From the NCBI RefSeq assembly GCF_964204645.1, contig NC_134031.1, forward strand, positions 5,518,001-5,582,000: a DNA stretch of 64,000 bases, read 5' to 3'. Position numbers and translations under genes: made by a program. This document shows, piece after piece, positions 12,556 through 30,200 of this stretch. The notes below the pieces were generated by a model. It saw nothing but the letters and a program-made list of their open reading frames with translations, had not been told where the DNA came from and searched no databases. Source of the stretch: Tubulanus polymorphus (Eukaryota > Animalia > Nemertea). The stretch's first letter is position 1; the number at the start of each line of letters is the position of its first letter.

Positions 12556-13577
12556 TTAACTGAGTCCGACACATGCATAGTTGAAATAGGGTTAATTCTA
12601 GATCACCCTACATTTGTACCGAATGAATAAATGGCCCTTATTTGATAGTGGAAAGATTTTTATAAAATATTTTAGTTGGAAGCAGAGACCTATCTGATAT
12701 AACGGATTAACAATCACTATCTGTCAACATTTGGCTCATTCAAACACATTTGCATATATATCATATGAATCTATCTACACGATGTGAATATGAGAAATTT
12801 ACAATAAAATGAGAGGAATGTATAACAATAAGCATAATATATACATTCTTAAATATACAAAGATTTTTATGTACATCCATTGTCAATTGTTCTAATCCAT
12901 TTACCTTGGTCCTGACATAGCAGTATTCGGTCGCTACTGCTTTGCTCTGTAGCTCACACAGTGTGACAGAGACAGAAAAGGCAAGACAGCGGGCTTCAAT
13001 GAAATTAATTCTATTGGGAGCGTAAAGCAAATCTCCGAGAATATGGTCTACTCTGCTTACCTCAAGTTTCGCGGGACTAATGAATTCTCTCCGAGATACG
13101 ACAATTGCGGGGTAGTCGGAGCTGGGATTCGTTGTTATCACAATAATTTGGAGTAAGAAAATCAGTAATATATTGTCCGGGGCATGCGAGGCAATAACAG
13201 GGTAAACAGAGTATTTTATTCATTGAGTGTATGATTAGTTGATTAATTTAGTAACGTTTTATGTCTTCACAAGACCTTTCTACTGGACACAACAGGTATA
13301 TTTCTATTCCTGAGATCACACTTCAACTATGAATACATTTTAATGTATATTTGTTTTTCATCATCGATTATTTACCAGTACATTCTTCGATGTATTCTAA
13401 CTTATGTATCGTTTGTCTAGTCTATTTCTACGTCCACACGATATCTGACCAATCACAGCAGCAGGATATGACGCGATACACAATTCAACCTGAACCTGAA
13501 AGTTTCATAAAAATACCAAAAGGCGTTATGTACGTTTACTAACGAAGATATTATATATAACAAAAGGATTCTTTTAA

Positions 13578-13888
13578 CCCTTTCATTGATTAATTAATAC
13601 CCAAAAGTGCAGGTGATAATTTGAAATTTAAGAATAATTCCACCCCAGTCTGTTGAATATTTGGCATACTGCTATAGTGTACGTCTAGATCTCAGTGCAG
13701 TGTATCGATAGTTACTACTATTTCACTATGCTTGACTAATAACATTAATACATTGATTTATACATGGCACTGGAGTGTAGATGCACTGAAAGGGTTAGTT
13801 ACTAATATGCCACTATAACAGATGATAGTGCGGTGTACTAGCATCATCGATTCATACACCGCACTGCAGTATTGACGCACTGAAAGGG
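13578..13888. mobile_element. piggyBac-like MITE plus an adjacent partial copy
   Basis: TTAA|CCCTTTCA...GCACTGAAAGGG (13794), then a second right end GCACTGAAAGGG|TTAA (13888). Confidence 0.75.
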
Positions 13889-13975
13889 TTAACACATGAA
13901 AACTAACATTGAACTGACTTACCTCTAATGAATATCACAATTATCATTTGATTATCTACTCAAATCTGGTGAAGA

Positions 13976-19534
<5,559 letters not shown>

Positions 19535-19634
19535 TCTACAACTGCCTGATGAGGTGGAGTGGCATCTAAAAATAAAATATCAATGTATCACCATTTGATT
19601 TATTCAGCTAATAAGTCCGTTCATTAAAATTTAA

Positions 19635-19999
19635 CCCTTTTAGTGCATCTTCTCCGCAGTCTGGAGTATAATCGGTGATTGGCTTTGTTAGTACATTGCG
19701 TCAAGTGGTATTGATGTTATTAACCCTTTCAGTGCATCTATAGTCTACAGCAGTGCGGCGTATAGTTTGGTAATGGACTTTGCAAGAACACCGCACTGCG
19801 GTGTATAGATGTAATTCGTTAAGATGGCAGCACCTGTCAAACACAGTTAGATAAAGTAAGTAACGATACACCGCACTGCGGTGTAGACACATTATTACTG
19901 ATGCCTGATATTTGATGCACTAGGCTGGAATATTCAAATATTTTCAAATTATCCACAGCACATTAGGAATAGGGTACTAATAAGTTAGCACCCAAAGGG
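19635..19999. mobile_element. piggyBac-like MITE (19724-19999) preceded by a truncated copy (19635-~19720)
   Basis: Two TTAA|CCCTTT starts; internal homology to 697-983. Confidence 0.75.
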
Positions 20000-20229
20000 A
20001 TAAATTGGATTAGTAAAAAAATGTACAGTACTGTACAGATTTCTCTTGTCTTTTTGATGATAGCCTACTGCAAATCTCTAAAAATTAATGGATCAGGCTG
20101 ATTTTGATCTGAAAACTGACGACTTCATTATCATCACATTGTCTAACGACGTTATGATCAAATTGATTGTTTACCAGACAAAACACATGGAAGGAAAGGG
20201 AAAGAACATCTTTTTTCGGCGACCTTTTC

Positions 20230-20500
20230 CTAGACCCGGAAGTAAACCGGAAGTAGGCATTCTAGAGAATGTCGCGGGCGTTAAAATGACTCCAAGTTTA
20301 ACCGAAAAAAAATTACGGTTGACCTCCGTTAAAACATGTTCCTTCGATTAATCGAATATCCTACGTTAATTCGTGGTATTTTTTGATAATCACATTTGTG
20401 TAGAATAGAAGCGAAACTGGGTTTAATCATCTGTCTATAAATACCCAGGCCCAGGGGCAGCACCATCCGGTCACAAATAATCCACCTAAGATGGCCACTG
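20230..20500. promoter_or_regulatory. Bidirectional promoter between MIGA and GAPVD1
   Basis: Tandem ETS/GABP sites CCGGAAGT-AAA-CCGGAAGT (~20237-20255), YY1-like AAGATGGCC (~20488); non-coding first-exon donors at 20174 (-) and ~20579 (+). Confidence 0.6.
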
Positions 20501-20824
20501 CGACGTGAAGAAATGTCAATTTGTATTCTAGTCTAAATATTACCGAATTAACGAAGTTTTAATTGAATCTATCGTTAGGTAAATGCGCATGTTAGATAAG
20601 ACAATATTTTAGCGGTGGATTTTGTTCATTAAATGTTATCATTTTACTTGTTGTGGAGGATAAAAATGACTTGCGATCAAAAGTCAACAATTTTGAAGAG
20701 GTCCACTTTTTTCCCAGGGCCCAAGCTTTAAGCAACTTGCATCAGCAGGACTGTAGGACTGTAGGTCGACATGAGCCATTCTTAAACACTAGAGCTGAGG
20801 CCAGATGCTAGTGCACTTCCTACC

Positions 20825-21030
20825 TACCATCAGCGCCAACGAGGCCAGTACCATCGGTGGTCCAACTTCTCTGACCTCTCTAATGATGAGTCTAGATTCC
20901 GGTGCTCCAACTTCTGACCTCTAGCGCCAATGAGTCCAGATTCAGGTGCTCCAACTTCTGACCACTTAGGCCAATGAGGCTAGATTCTGGCACTCCAACT
21001 TCTGACCACCAGCGCCAATGATGCCAGATA
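20825..21030 (+). repeat. Minisatellite, ~44-bp unit x ~4.5, in the GAPVD1 5'UTR intron
   Basis: CCAACTTCT anchors at 20862, 20907, 20951 and 20995; unit ~CCAACTTCTGACCTCTAGCGCCAATGAGTCCAGATTCAGGTGCT. Confidence 0.85.
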
Positions 21031-21253
21031 AGCCTGTTAGTACCTCAACCTCATACTATCTATGCTTGTGACCCTTACCTACCTTATCTTAATACATAAC
21101 CAGGTCCAGTCCTGCGTCGGGTCAGTCCTGGCCCAGAGAAAACCTTATCCGTCGCACTACATTCCAATGGTACCTAAAAGGTTAATCGGTACTTTTGATA
21201 ACTTTTTTTCTAGAGTTATAGCTTTAAAACGCGTGCGAAGAAATAACGGGACG

Positions 21254-24200
21254 ATGAATTCCGGAAGCGAAGAAATCCTCGAGTTGATCCGGCACCTGAA
21301 GCAGGAACGACTGTTCGTCACGTCGGAGAAATACCAGCTGCAAAAACTAAACGAAAGCGTCCACAAAACTGCTGAGACCCTGTGTCACCTGGCGTGGATC
21401 GCGCGCGAGCAACGCATAAACCTCGAATCTTTGCTACGCGGCAATCCCGACTCGTCGCAACACGCCAGTTTCCACAAAGCGAATGCGTTGGAAGTCGTCA
21501 AGTTCGTCGACGCGTATCGACACCTGAGCTACCACGAGTCGAAATTCAGCGAGTTCTTCAAATCGTTGCGCGCGTCGCCGAAGCTGCTCGCCGCATGTTT
21601 AATCCGCGACAAACAACAAAGCGGCGTCGCGACGCAGAACATCGTCGGGATTATCATTTCGGCCGTTTACGCGAATTGCACGCTGCAAGAAGACGAACAG
21701 TACGTGTTGCAGATCACACGCGCGTTGATGGAAGCGCAGCTGCTCGGTAGCGACGACCCGGCGCGTGTCCTGCGCCGGGGTACGTGCGCGTTTTCGGTCA
21801 TCTACAAACAACTGATCGAAGGCTCGTACGCGGCGCGTCTGTTTCTGACCGCGGCGTTGAACGCGCCGGTCATGTTTCTACTGAAAGACTTTGAGTGGTT
21901 CTACGACGTCGACGCGGAAAAAGCGCTGCAACGTTTCTCGACGCTCGAACGCAAGCGCCGATTCGGCGCGAACGGCACCGACGCGTACCGCGTGAAAACC
22001 GGGGAGTATCGCGATTTCATCGTCAACAAGTTGGTCCAGTTGACCGAGTGTTTCATCGCCAGTATTAAGAAAACGATGTACTGCTTCCCGGCGAGTTTGT
22101 CGTGGATCGTTTCGCAGATGAACTACATTCTGACGAAGGACGGTAAAGTGTCGGCGGCGAAAGCGCGCGAAATGTGCATCGATTTGATATTCACGAAGTT
22201 TATCTGTCCGGCGATCTGTGACCCGGCCGCAGTTGGCATTACGTCCGACGTGCCCATCAGTTATATCGCTCGACACAATCTGATGCAGGTCGCCACGATA
22301 TTGCAGGTGTTGGCCATTTCGCAACAACACGAAATGGATAGCCGGGCGAAGGATGTTTATGGTAGATTTGATCGGGTGAGTTTGTCTTAAATGTAGCACC
22401 CGTTAGGTCCGCTCTGAGGGTCTGCTCTGTGCTACATATGTACTATTTCAATCTTGGAACCTACACGGTTTGGTTTTTAAAGGAAAAAGTGTCTCCTTTG
22501 GTTATTATCCCTTTTAAGCCCAAAGCTAATTAAAGGTGAGTGTGTGATGGCACATTTCTCATCACCTGCCTTAATTAGTTTCCAGAGAGGGCATCTTTTA
22601 AAGCGAATGGCCGGTATGATTGGTGGGGTGGGACAGAATCAGATCTGAACAGGCCTATTTCCCATCTAATTTCCACTCGTTGGCGGTTGCTTGAAAAAGG
22701 TGCTTTAATGAGTTATTTTCACAATCCTCGAATTCGTAGAGCCATGTCTTTAGATACGGAATATATCAGAAATTGACCGTTTTATCCCTTCCGACCATTC
22801 TGGAATAAACCAGATTCATGTTGAGACAAGATAAGTGATGAATGATACAGACAATGTCAAATCAGACTCTGACCTCTTTCACACCATATTCATTATAATG
22901 CCTGATTCAACTTGATTACAAGTTTTTAGTCTGTTGTGCAATTAACATGCATAACAGGTCTGATATAAGAGAAGTGAAACCCATTATTTCACTAACAACT
23001 TCAATTAGGGCTCTCCATGTGAGCCATTAATCATGTACGGATTTGATAAAATCTGGATTAGATTTTTCTTGATTAGGCGAGTTTAACTGTACTATTACAG
23101 CCAATTCTCCTACAGAGGCAGATCTTGAGGTCAATTTTGAAGGACTCGGTCACACCCCAAAAGGGCACTTCGATGTCCGAAAAAGGGAATATTAAGCATA
23201 CCCCCACACTGAAATGCACCTGTTGAATTTATTGACATAATGAAAAAGGCACTTCAAAATATTTTATGGCATAAGCATCCCCCTTGTACTATCTTTTACA
23301 ATCATGTTTATTTATTTTAGCACTGTTTGTCGTCGTTGTTTGATCCGATGTTGGAGATCCCGTCGTCAGCCTTGCCGCCTCAACCGAACTGTCAATTACC
23401 GGGTGTCGATCGTTCGGCCGTGCTCATCACTCCCACTGAATTGAATGATCTGGTAAGAGATCGAGTATTTATATCATGTCGGATAGTTTCGATGAAAGTA
23501 CGAAACTTTTGGGGAATTTTTTACTGAGTTTACTTAACCCTTTCAGTGCTGACTAATCAATACCCTATAGTGCTGGAGATAATTTGAAAATTTTGCAAAA
23601 TTCCGCTCTAGTGTGTTGAATAACGGGAATACCACTATAGTGCGTCTACACTGTGGCGCGGTGTATCGTTAGTTACTAGAATTTCACTATGTTTGACAGG
23701 TGCTGCCATCTTTCAATAGAGATAATTACTGATTACTAATAACATCAATAGCAAAATCCATCACTGATTTGTACACGCGGTGTAGACGCTCTGAAAGGGT
23801 TAACAGGATCCTGACAACTCCTCGATTCCTTGAAAACGCCGTTCAAACGGAAAATGTTTTCAAAGGTGCTTGAAGCTCCTTTATTTTGAACAAAATGCCC
23901 AAAACTCCTTTGATATTCATTGAATTTTGAGAAATAAGCAATTAGATTATTTTGTAGTTGTAGAGAAAACTATGCTTAAATTGGTACAATCGGCCCGAAG
24001 ATAAACAGTTATATATCAGAGATGTACTGATTTAGAAGGAGTCTGCTGTAAGATTTGGATATGAAAGTGATAATGCAGTCACTCCTCAAAATTTGAAATT
24101 TCCTCCTTTAAAACCCTTTGCATCCAGGAATTACCGATCTGTTGGAACCCTTCCATAACCTATCTAATGAATTGTAAATGCTCTTATGACTTGGAGTGTA

Positions 24201-27200
24201 TGTTTTGACTTAAATCTTAAAGACTCTGAAGAGTGTGAAATGTTAATATTCATCACATGAAATGTCTTTCTATTAATGTTATGTTTGTAGATTACATTCT
24301 TGCAAGGAATTCAGTTGAATTTACCGGTCGATGACGAAGATCGTAAATCGCTGGACGAAATGTTGAACAATCTTCCAAAAAATGTCATTCAGACGACGTC
24401 GACGCCTAGTTCAACCCCGTCAGGCACACCGCCTGGAACACCTTCATTTCCTGCTAAAAAATCGATGAAGGGTATGTCTCGAATCTTTGAGGCCAGCTAA
24501 GAATATATTTATCTTAGGAGGCTTTTTTAATCTCAATCCATTTATACCACTTAACGAGAGGGAGCAGTATAAACAATTCAAAATTTTTGTTTAACCCTTT
24601 CAGTGCGTCTACACTGGAGTGCGGTGTATAAATCAGTGATATATTTTGCTAGTACACCGCACTGCGGTGTGTTGATGTATTTAGTAATTAGTTTTTATCT
24701 CTTTTGAAAGATGGCAGCACCTGTGAAATATGGTGAAATATTAGTAATTAACGATCCACCGTGCCGCGGTGTATACGCACTATAGTGGTATTCCCGTTAT
24801 TCAGCACACTAGGTTGAGATTTTTCAAAATTGTCAAATTATCTTCAGCACTATAAGGTACTATTAAGTCAGCACTGAAAGGGTTAAACCCTTTCAGTGCT
24901 GACGAATCAATCCCTGAAAGTGCTGGTGATAATTTGAAGTTAAAAAAACTCCACCACAGTGTGTTGAACTTGAATACTGGACATATTGCTTTAGTGCATC
25001 TATGCCATGGTGCAGTGTATCGTTAGTTACTAATGTTTAAATGACAGGTGCTGATATCTTTCAATAGGGATCAATAGAACACAATACGCTATGATGCGAT
25101 GCGGTGTACTAGCAAAGTCCATCACCAATTTATACACCGTACTGCGGTGTTGACCTACTAAAAGGGTTGACATTTCGTCACCTTTACTAATCGAAATTTG
25201 ATGGTCGGTTTGTTTATTTAAGGCAAGAAGAAGTCTAGTATATTGACCGTAGAAGATGTCGTAGTCGATGAAACCATCGAGCCCGATCTCTTTCAGCCAG
25301 AAGACGTACTAGTAATCAGTATAAATCAATCGGGTGACTGCCTGGGTATGATGTCTGAAGATAAGGTTCGTATACATTCTTAAAGCTTGTGGCACTTATA
25401 AACCGAGTCTTTTGAGTATAGGAATGTTTTGCTCAATTCCTCCATTTTTAGACTGGAGAAGGGTGGTAGGAATCACCTGAAATATTTGTTGTATTTTAGA
25501 TCAACTTTTTAGTCTTTCAACAATTGTGGAATTTTACATTTATTGTCTCAATATATTGCCGGATATTGAACACTATGTCATTTTGCGAAAGTCAATGACT
25601 TGTGCATATTGATTAATTCTGATGTCACCTTGCGGGTGTGTTTTGTCGACGTAGGTCGTGCAGCAGGAGCAGGAAGTTCATCAGCGTAAGATCAAACAGA
25701 ATTTCTATCCCGGCTACGATGACGGCGAAGACGTCAACGAGGAGGAAGTGCAAGAAAAACGAACTCGATTTTCACTTTCGCACGATCAGGATTCGATAGG
25801 TGTGTGCTGTGCATATTACAGCATATATGATAGAATCATTTATTTGATCTATAATATAGTGTTTAACATTCGTACAATAAGGGGTTTATTCAATGATAAT
25901 TTTAGTCAGGGTCCCTCCTTGATTCCTAAGAAACTCCTTAAAAACGGAAAATGCTCTTGAAGTTGCTTGAAGCTCCTTTTATTTGAACGAAATGCCCAGA
26001 GCACCTTTGAAACTCGTTCAATCAATTTTGAGAAATAGGGCAATACCTAAGATTCTGCTGCCCGGTTAGTGCACTGTCATGGTTTCGATTTTATTATCAG
26101 TGTTAGACCAACTTAGTTTTATAGCCAATCTAAGAACTTAAAGACTAGTCTTGAGATTTAAGACCACTTTTGGACTCAAATCACAACTGTGTGACTGGCC
26201 ACTGATCTTTTACTATTTCCACCTGCATTTTCTTCTGATTACTATAAAATTGCCTGAAATTCATTTATTTGAATATACGCATATTTATTGAACGTTGTAG
26301 GAAATACAAGTGATAACATAGAAGCAATATCCGAAGCGTGCTCTAGTCATTCGGTGGAATCTACCGATTCCGTTAACGGAGAAAATGATAATCTATCGGA
26401 CATGTTCTCGGCTAACGTCAGCGGTCGCGAAACTCCAAACATCAGCGGTCGAGACACGCCTCTATCACAGGTAAATGCAGGACAGATTCTCTGTTAGTGG
26501 GATGATGAAGTAATTCCAGGGGTCAGATTGATGTGGAAAATGGATGTCTTCTGCCTTAAAAATTGTTAACAGAAATCAGTAAAAAATGATGAACATGTGT
26601 GAAAATATAAGAAAATAATTTGGTCAAAATGTTTCAATCCCCCTTTTATACCATATTCCGTGGAGCTAAGAATTTACGCGCGAGCTATGTTTAAGTTTAA
26701 GAAATTTTAATCGAATCTGTCCAGATTGTGACCAAGTAATCACTTAATCACTTGTGTTATTTCAAATGGAAAAAAATGTGTGAAAACATGTGAAAAAAGT
26801 GAAAGGTCTCAATATTTTGTTGTGAAAATAATGCGAAAAAAAGCCACCCCTACAATTATTGATGATCGTAGTTATTTTCAAGTGCTTTTCAAAATGTGTT
26901 TATTGACGTTTGTAAAATGCTTTTCAGGCGGAAAGTGAAGAAGTTTTAGCTGAACAAGAAACTCGACGAGTTCCCGATTTGCCGGTCACGGTGCATAAAT
27001 CTAACCGCGAAGACGTCACCGAACGATTTCAGAAATTCGACATCAAAACTGAGCTCGAACGTGAGTTTCAATCAGGCGTGGATTTAGGGGTGGTGGTCTC
27101 GGGGGTCCGGACCCCTTCCTTCCCATTGAGGTGTCCCTTTTCATCGAGGCAGAGATCGTTAAAACCTGTATCGGCCTATTTGACACTCATCTTCTCGGAA

Positions 27201-30200
27201 ATTGCAACCTTTCGAATTCGTGTCTTCAAAAAATTTCTAAAACCGAGGGGAGAACCACGCGGCAGAAGAATTGAAGCTCTCGACTTGGCTGCTTTATCCA
27301 AAAAATGCCTTTTCTTTTCTTCTCGTCCATGGTTTCCTAGATCCACCGTGTCTAATTATCGTTACCATTTAGATCGTAGAGCATCCATTAAAATTTCTGT
27401 CCTTTTAAAAAAAATTATAAAAAACTATACTTATGCTATTCTATACTAGGTCAAGGTCGTAATTCATCCCTGTATCTGCCAGATGAGATTAAGTCGACGG
27501 TCAGCGATACGTGGAGCACAGACGTATTGGCGAGCGATTCCGAGCCGCCCGATTCGAATCAACTCGATCGTCTAGAGGAAGTTGCCGAAGAGATCGTTAC
27601 TAATGGTAACCTGATGGAAGATCAGGAGGTTCCTGTTTTCAATTTGTTGCTGTCGAACTCTTCGGTGCCCGACGTAGGCCCACCGGTTCGAGGCAGTTCT
27701 TTACATGTAAGTTAACACTGGTATTTTGTTATTCATCCCTCAACAGGAATTTTGTGTAATCACATGGAAAAATCTGGCAAAACTCTAGGATTTTGTAAAG
27801 TGGCCATCCTGTTGGAGGAATTACCTGGTGGGAGGTTACTTCTTCTATGTCAATGAGAGAGTCCAGTGATGAACCACTGACCGCTACCTGGGATTGAACC
27901 AATGAACCTTGTATTGACAATGCCAGTGTGTTAGATGGAATAAAACCATTCAAACACTACACCACAACAGTCCTGTATTTCCAAACGTTTGCTGATTTTA
28001 AGATACCTTTTGGAACTAAATATGTGAATAACGTTACAATATAATAATAATACCGTTGATAATTCGCAAGTCAAATCTGGATAATGTTAGATTGAAATTG
28101 TCAACTATGAGATAACTAGTTGTATAGGAATTCATAGTTTGAACTGGCAACGCTGATCGTGAATGTGTTAGTCTTCAAAATGTAACCGAATATTAATTAT
28201 TTGATTTCGGAAGGTGTCGGAGATGTCTGAAACGGCAAGTGAATGTTGGAGTACGGACGTATTAGCCAGCGACACGGACGAAAAACAGTCGGAACGATTG
28301 TTGGAACTGGATCAGGATGATTCGATCAGTATCAGCAGCAAGAGTCAGGGTATCGAGGACAATATGTCTGAATACAGTGAGACAGGTTCGTTAATGATTC
28401 GATATATACCCGATTACTATAGGCCTATATCAGTTTAAACCACTCTTCTAAGTAAGTTAAAAGCCCACTATATACAAAATTTAACCCGAGTTTTAACAGA
28501 ATTTGAAAATTCCAAAGTCTTAACCCTTTCAGTGCGTCTACACCGCAGTGCTGTGTATAAATCAGTGATGGATTTTGCTAGTACACCGCGTCGCAGTGTA
28601 TTGATTTAATTGGTAATTAACTCTCTTGAAAGATGGCAGCACCTGTCAAACATAGTGAAATAATAGTAACTAATGATACACCGCGCCGTGGTGTAGACGG
28701 ATTATAGGTGGTATTCCCACTATTCAATACACTAGGGTGGAATTTTTTCATCTCCATCACTATGGGGTATTAATTAGTCAGCACTGAAAGGGTTAAAAGA
28801 TTAAAAGCGACGAAGATCTCTAGTGAGAGTTCGAAACATGGTGTCTTTTAATTTTGATTTTCGATTAGTAAAATTCGCTTTTAATCATCTTTTAAACTTT
28901 GGGTTTTAAACTTTTTATCTATTCTCCACGTTAGAGTAAGGGCTATTCTACTATACTGAGGCTGCAGGTGTTGATCGGTCTCAACCACTGTATAAATGAT
29001 GAATGAAGATGATAAAAAATTGACAATATTATTTTTGTTTCAGGTCCCGACGTACAGAATTTAGATGATATAGTGGCGCCTGAAATTCCGAACAGAACTT
29101 CGACGAAACTGAAACTATCCCCGCGTCCGCCACATCGACCCGACAACTTCCTCGCGTTCGGCGATTCGGAAAACCCGCCACGTGAACTGACGAACGAAAT
29201 ACCCGATTCGCGAATCGACGACGTCTTCGACAGCGATTCATCGGCGTCGATTCTCGATCGCGTCGGCGAAAAAGCGAAATACCGTCGGTCGTCGCACGAC
29301 CGGCGCCTCGTGATACCGGACCTGGACGTCGCGTCGCCTGACCTCGGCGTCGAGAGCATGGACACGACGCCGGACGCAGGCGCCGCGTCGCAGCATCTCG
29401 TGCTCGGGTTGCGTGAACGCGATTCGGGAATCTCCGAGACGCCGATCGACGAATCGAAAGACGCCGGAGGAGTGATCGGCGCGGTCGCCGATTTGCACAA
29501 CTCGTTCAAATCGCTGAAATTAACCGAGCAGCAAAATACGAAAATCGACGCGAATCGTTTGTCGGCCGCGATTTCGATGTTCGACCCAATCCTGCAGGAA
29601 AGCGACGACGAGGTTAAAGAAGACGTCGCTATGGCGACCGGAGCGGCGAAAAGTGGTTCGTTGCTCGTACAGCTGGACGATACAGATGAAAAGGTAACGA
29701 GTAGATAAATGTGTTTCTTATATAGAGAATCCTACACTAATTTAACGATGAAGTCCGAATAGTTTACTTTTGGCTAATAATTTAGGCCTATTGATTCGAC
29801 GTTTCAAATATAATCTAATAGCTTAATCACTCTCTCTATATTGTCGCAACACTGACATAATGTTTCACCAATGACGAGAGAAATCCCACAATAATGAAGC
29901 CAAGATTGAAAAATTCTATATCAGAATGATTATATTTGAGGAGCGACGTTTCGGCTAACAACTGTTAGCCATCATCAGGCGTACTCAAAACTCAGTACGC
30001 CTGATGATGGCTAACAGTTGTTAGCCGAAACGTCGCTCTTCAAATATAATCATTCTGAAATAGAATTTTTCAATATTGGCTTCATTATTGTGGGATTTCT
30101 CTCGTCATCATCATACACGGATATTGTGTATCTTCTCGTCTAATGTTTCACCAATGATAAAAATGTGTTTCTTATTGCGGTCGAAGACCATATAGGCATC

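Noticed and set aside
12761-13141. 126-aa minus-strand ORF
   Set aside because: No recognisable motifs or splice context; lies in the presumptive MIGA 3'UTR.
20825-21030. Regularly spaced repeats resembling a CRISPR array
   Set aside because: The inter-anchor sequences are homologous to each other (tandem minisatellite), the context is a eukaryotic intron and there are no cas genes.
21062-21253. N-terminal extension of the GAPVD1 ORF
   Set aside because: Mostly upstream of a strong acceptor (TTTTTTTTCTAG, 21213); homology starts near [11 protein letters not shown] at 21254.
21382-22399. Overlapping alternative-frame and antisense ORFs (also at 28943-29509, 5161-5523, 48256-48820)
   Set aside because: Shadow ORFs caused by stop-poor, CG-rich codon usage of the real exons.
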